A stretch of 64,000 nt of DNA, taken from Malacoraja senta. Its lineage: Eukaryota. The DNA lies in the NCBI GenBank assembly GCA_038087875.1, contig CM075987.1, positions 17,424,001-17,488,000 on the forward strand. Reading direction: 5' to 3'. Each line of letters starts with the position of its first letter. Positions within the stretch are counted from its first letter, which is position 1. The notes under the pieces were generated by a model. It was not told where the DNA came from and did no database searches. It saw only the letters and a list, made by a program, of their open reading frames with translations. Below are positions 59,638-64,000 of this stretch, piece by piece. The position numbers and the translations under genes are program-made.

Positions 59638-61620
59638 TGGTTGCTTTGAAATGCTGCACTGCAAATGGTTGTTGGTGGTGGTTGCTTTGAAATGCTGCAC
59701 TGCAAATGGTTGTTGGTGGTGATGGTTGCTTTGAAATGCTGCACTGCAAATGGTTGTTGGTGGTGGTGGTTGCTTTGAAATGCTGCACTGCAAATGGTTG
59801 TTGTTGGTGGTGGTTGCTTTGAAATGCTGCACTGCAAATGGTTGTTGTTGGTGGTGGTTGCTTTGAAATGCTGCACTGCAAATGGTTGTTGGTGGTGATT
59901 GTTGCTTTGAAATGCTGCACTGCAAATGGTTGTTGGTGGTGGTGGTTGCTTTGAAATGCTGCACTGCAAATGGTTGTTGGTGGTGGTGGTTGCTTTGAAA
60001 TGCTGCACTGCAAATGGTTGTTGTTGGTGGTGGTTGCTTTGAAATGCTGCACTGCAAATGGTTGTTGTTGGTGGTGGTTGCTTTGAAATGCTGCACTGCA
60101 AATGGTTGTTGGTGGTGATGGTTGCTTTGAAATGCTGCACTGCAAATGGTTGTTGGTGGTGGTGGTTGCTTTGAAATGCTGCACTGCAAATGGTTGTTGG
60201 TGGTGGTGGTGGTGGTTGCTTTGAAATGCTGCACTGCAAATGGTTGTTGTTGGTGGTGCTTGCTTTCAAATGCTGCACTGCAAATGGTTGTTGGTGGTGG
60301 TGCTTGCTTTGAAATGCTGCACTGCAAATGGTTATTGGTGGTGATGGTTGCTTTGAAATGCTGCACTGCAAATGGTTGTTGGTGGTGGTGGTTGCTTTGA
60401 AATGCTGCACTGCAAATGGTTGTTGTTGGTGGTGCTTGCTTTCAAATGCTGCACTGCAAATGGTTGTTGGTGGTGGTGCTTGCTTTGAAATGCTGCACTG
60501 CAAATGGTTATTGGTGGTGATGGTTGCTTTGAAATGCTGCACTGCAAATGGTTGTTGGTGGTGGTGGTTGCTTTGAAATGCTGCACTGCAAATGGTTGTT
60601 GGTGGTGGTGCTTGCTTTCAAATGCTGCACTGCAAATGGTTGTTGGTGGTGGTGCTTGCTTTGAAATGCTGCACTGCAAATGGTTATTGGTGGTGATGGT
60701 TGCTTTGAAATGCTGCACTGCAAATGGTTGTTGGTGGTGGTGGTTGCTTTGAAATGCTGCACTGCAAATGGTTGTTGGTGGTGATGGTTGCTTTGAAATG
60801 CTGCACTGCAAATGGTTGTTGGTAGTGGTGGTTGCTTTGAAATGCTGCACTGCAAATGGTTGTTGTTGGTGGTGGTTGCTTTGAAATGCTGCACTGCAAA
60901 TGGTTGTTGTTGGTGGTGGTTGCTTTGAAATGCTGCACTGCAAATGGTTGTTGGTGGTGATGGTTGCTTTGAAATGCTGCACTGCAAATGGTTGTTGGTG
61001 GTGGTGGTTGCTTTGAAATGCTGCACTGCAAATGATTGTTGGTGGTGGTGGTGGTGGTTGCTTTGAAATGCTGCACTGCAAATGGTTGTTGGTGGTGGTG
61101 CTTGCTTTCAAATGCTGCACTGCAAATGGTTGTTGGTGGTGGTGCTTGCTTTGAAATGCTGCACTGCAAATGGTTATTGGTGGTGATGGTTGCTTTGAAA
61201 TGCTGCACTGTAAATGGTTGTTGGTGGTGGTGGTTGCTTTGAAATGCTGCACTGCAAATGGTTGTTGGTGGTGGTGCTTGCTTTCAAATGCTGCACTGCA
61301 AATGGTTGTTGGTGGTGGTGCTTGCTTTGAAATGCTGCACTGCAAATGGTTATTGGTGGTGATGGTTGCTTTGAAATGCTGCACTGCAAATGGTTGTTGG
61401 TGGTGGTGGTTGCTTTGAAATGCTGCACTGCAAATGGGTGTTGGTGGTGGTGGTTGCTTTGAAATCCTGCACTGCAAATGGTTGTTGGTGCTGGTGGTTG
61501 CTTTGAAATGCTGCACTGCAAATGGTTCTTGGTGGTGGTGGTTGCTTTGAAATGCTGCTCTGCAAATGGTTGTTGGTGTGGTGGTTGCTTTGAAATGCTG
61601 CACTGCAAATGGTTGTTGGT
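59638..61620. repeat. 44-bp minisatellite with variable GGT triplet number and 176-bp higher-order unit
   Basis: Unit GGTTGCTTTGAAATGCTGCACTGCAAATGGTTGTTGGTGGTGGT; variants recur at 176 and 842 bp. Confidence 0.97.
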
Positions 61621-62019
61621 CTAAACTTGACAACTTCCTGTTTGCACTGTATATTGATTTTAGATAAAACGCTACCAATCATGGATGTGATTTTTGGCCA
61701 TCTTAGTCAGTCCCCCTCCGCTCATCAGGTGCAGAGGATTCTTCCCATCAATTAAAAATAAAAGTGTTATTAGTGTTTTAAAAAATGTTGAGAATCACTC
61801 TCCTGTCAATCACACCATGAAGGCCACGCCCCTTCTGGTGGGAGGGGGAGGGATTATAAACCTGGAAGTGTGGGTGTGGCTCAGTCTCTGCAAGATTGAG
61901 GAGGGAGAGTTCACGATTGTCTGAGCTGTAAATCAACTGAACACACTGAATGTTTACTGAACTGTGAGTGTGGTGTTTATGTGGTGTTTTGTGTGGTGTT
62001 ATGGTGGTTTTATGGTGAT

Positions 62020-62896
62020 TTCACCCTGCTTGAAGTAGTATGAAACTGCATTTGAATGTGGTGGCCTTGCACCCTGCTTGAAATGGCATGAAACAGCATT
62101 AGCATTTGGTGGCCTTGTACCCTGCTTGAAGTGGCATGAAACTGCACTTGAATTTGGTGGCCTTGCACCCTGCTTGAAGTGTCATGAAACTGCACTTGAA
62201 TTTGGTGGCCTTGCACCCTGCTGAAAGTGGCATGAAACTGCACAAATTTGGTGGCCTTGCACTCTGCTTGAAATGGCATGAAGCTGCACTTGAATTTGGT
62301 GGCCTTGCACCCGGCTAGAAATGGCATGAAACCGCACTTGAATTTGGTAGCCTTGCACCCTGCTTGAAATGGCATGAAACTGCACTTGAATTTGGTGGCC
62401 TTGCACCCTGCTTGAAATGGCATGAAACCGCACTTGAATTTGGTGGCCTTGCACCCTGCGTGAAATGGCATGAAACTGCACTTGAATTTGGTGGCCTTGC
62501 ACCCTGCTTGAAATGGCATGAAACCGCACAAATTTGGTGGCCTTGCTCCCTGCTTGAAGTGGCATGAAACTGCACTTGAATTTGGTGGCCTTGCACCCTG
62601 CTTGAAGTGGCAGGAAACTGCACTTGAGTTTGGTGGCCCTGCACCCTGCTTGAAGTGGCAGGAAACTGCATTTGAGTTTGGTGACCCTGCACCCTGCTTG
62701 AAGTGGCAGGAAGCTGCACTTGAATTTGGTGGCTTGCACCCTGCTTGAAATGGTAGGAAACTGCATTTGAATTTGGTGGCCTTGCACCCTGCTTGAAGTG
62801 GTAAGAAAATGCACTTGAATTTGGTGGCTTGCACCCTGCTTGAAATGGTAGGAAACTGCATTTGAATTTGGTGGCCTTGCACCCTGCTTGAAATGG
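62020..62896. repeat. 48-bp minisatellite
   Basis: Unit CACCCTGCTTGAAATGGCATGAAACTGCACTTGAATTTGGTGGCCTTG, about 18 copies, with variants graded along the array. Confidence 0.97.
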
Positions 62897-63252
62897 AATT
62901 TCAAGGAATAACCAGGAGTTAACTGCTAGCCAACCAGCCGTGAGTGAGCTGCCAGCACATCAGGCTCGAGTGACTGAGCTGCCACCCCAAGAATCGATTT
63001 GTCCAGAATGTCCATACTAGCCATCTGGAAACCAGTCCCTTCAGCCCACAATACCCATACAAGGGCTCCAGATCCCCCCCCCCCCCGGCCAACAATATTG
63101 GAATTGGTGGAGAGGTGGAATATTGTGTTGGGGACCAGCCCTCCCGTGTGAACATGGGACCCAGCGGCTCCCACTTAGTCTAGTGTGAACTATTTTGTTC
63201 CATATATTAATAATTTGAATGACAAATAGCAGTGGTCCCAGCAGAACCTTGC

Positions 63253-64000
63253 AGAAGGATGAGGGGAGATCTTATAGAGACATATAAAATTATAAAAGGA
63301 CTGGACAAGCTAAGTGCAGGAAAAATATTCCCAATGTTGGGCGAGTCCAGAACCAGGGGCCACAGTCTTAGAATAAAGGGGAGGCCATTTAAGACTGAGG
63401 TGAGAAATAACTATACTCCAGCATTCCGGGTCTATCTTCGATTTAAACCAGCATCTGCAGTTCTTTCTTACACTGAAGATGCTGGTTCAGACCCTTCTTC
63501 AGGGTCTTGGCCTGAAGCGTCCTGAATTTGAGGAAGGACATCCTTGTGATTGGGGCAGTGCAGCATAGGTTCACGAGATTGATCCCTGGGATGGCGGGAC
63601 TGTCATATGAGGAAAGATTGAAAAGACTAGGCTTGTATTCACTGGAGTTTAGAAGGATGAGGGGGAATCTTATAGAAACATATAAAATTATAAAAGGACT
63701 GGACAAGGTAGATGCAGGAAAAATGTTCCCAATGTTGGGTGAGTCCAGAACCAGGGGCCACAGTCTTAGAATAAAGGGGAGGCCATTTAAGACTGAGGTG
63801 AGAAAAAACTTGTTCACCCAGAGAGCTGTGAATTTGTGGAATTCCCTGCCACAGAGGGCAGTGGAGGCCAAATCACTGGATGGATTTAAGAGAGAGTAAG
63901 ATAGAGCTCTGGGGGCTAGTGGAATCAAGGGATATGGGGAGAAGTCAGGCACGGGTTATTGATTGGGGACGATCAACCATGATCGCAATGAATGTTACCT
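63253..64000 (+). mobile_element. CR1 3' fragments including a second copy of the Penelope-CR1 fusion
   Basis: 63414 onward matches 45177 onward, including the fusion junction. Confidence 0.85.

Larger units (their letters stand above)
59268..63183 (+). mobile_element. Complete composite non-autonomous Helitron (two headers, two minisatellites)
   Basis: A|TCTATATTACTAAAA start; GGGACCCAGCGGCTCCC hairpin plus TTAGTCTAG|T end; the flanks rejoin as one old CR1 remnant. Confidence 0.88.

Noticed and set aside
59593..62904. Long ORFs of 170-448 aa rich in Q/H/T/C
   Set aside because: They are translations of the 44- and 48-bp minisatellites and are open in several frames at once.

Overview
Eukaryotic (vertebrate) DNA, not prokaryotic. 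The repeat families (CR1 LINEs with (TCTATGTT)n tails, V-SINE, Penelope-type hammerhead repeats) point to a cartilaginous fish, probably a skate or ray; this is an inference. The only host gene I can support is the 3' half of an ADAM (disintegrin-metalloprotease) gene on the minus strand. Six exons splice in frame (57197-57002, 56485-56377, 47914-47725, 44731-44654, 42818-42689, 36972-36819) and encode disintegrin, Cys-rich, EGF-like and transmembrane segments; candidate cytoplasmic/terminal exons lie further down. Nearly everything else is nested mobile DNA: many CR1, Rex1/Babar, L2/Crack and RTE LINE pieces, a young 4.7-kb Gypsy LTR element with a tandem-duplicated solo-LTR twin, several TIR MITEs including a THAP foldback element, and Penelope-type hammerhead repeats. 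It also holds a Helitron family whose members carry promoter-like headers and amplify different but related minisatellites (62, 44, 48 and 30 bp units). Most ORFs in the supplied track are artefacts of tandem repeats or TE antisense frames. All calls were made by eye, without searches.
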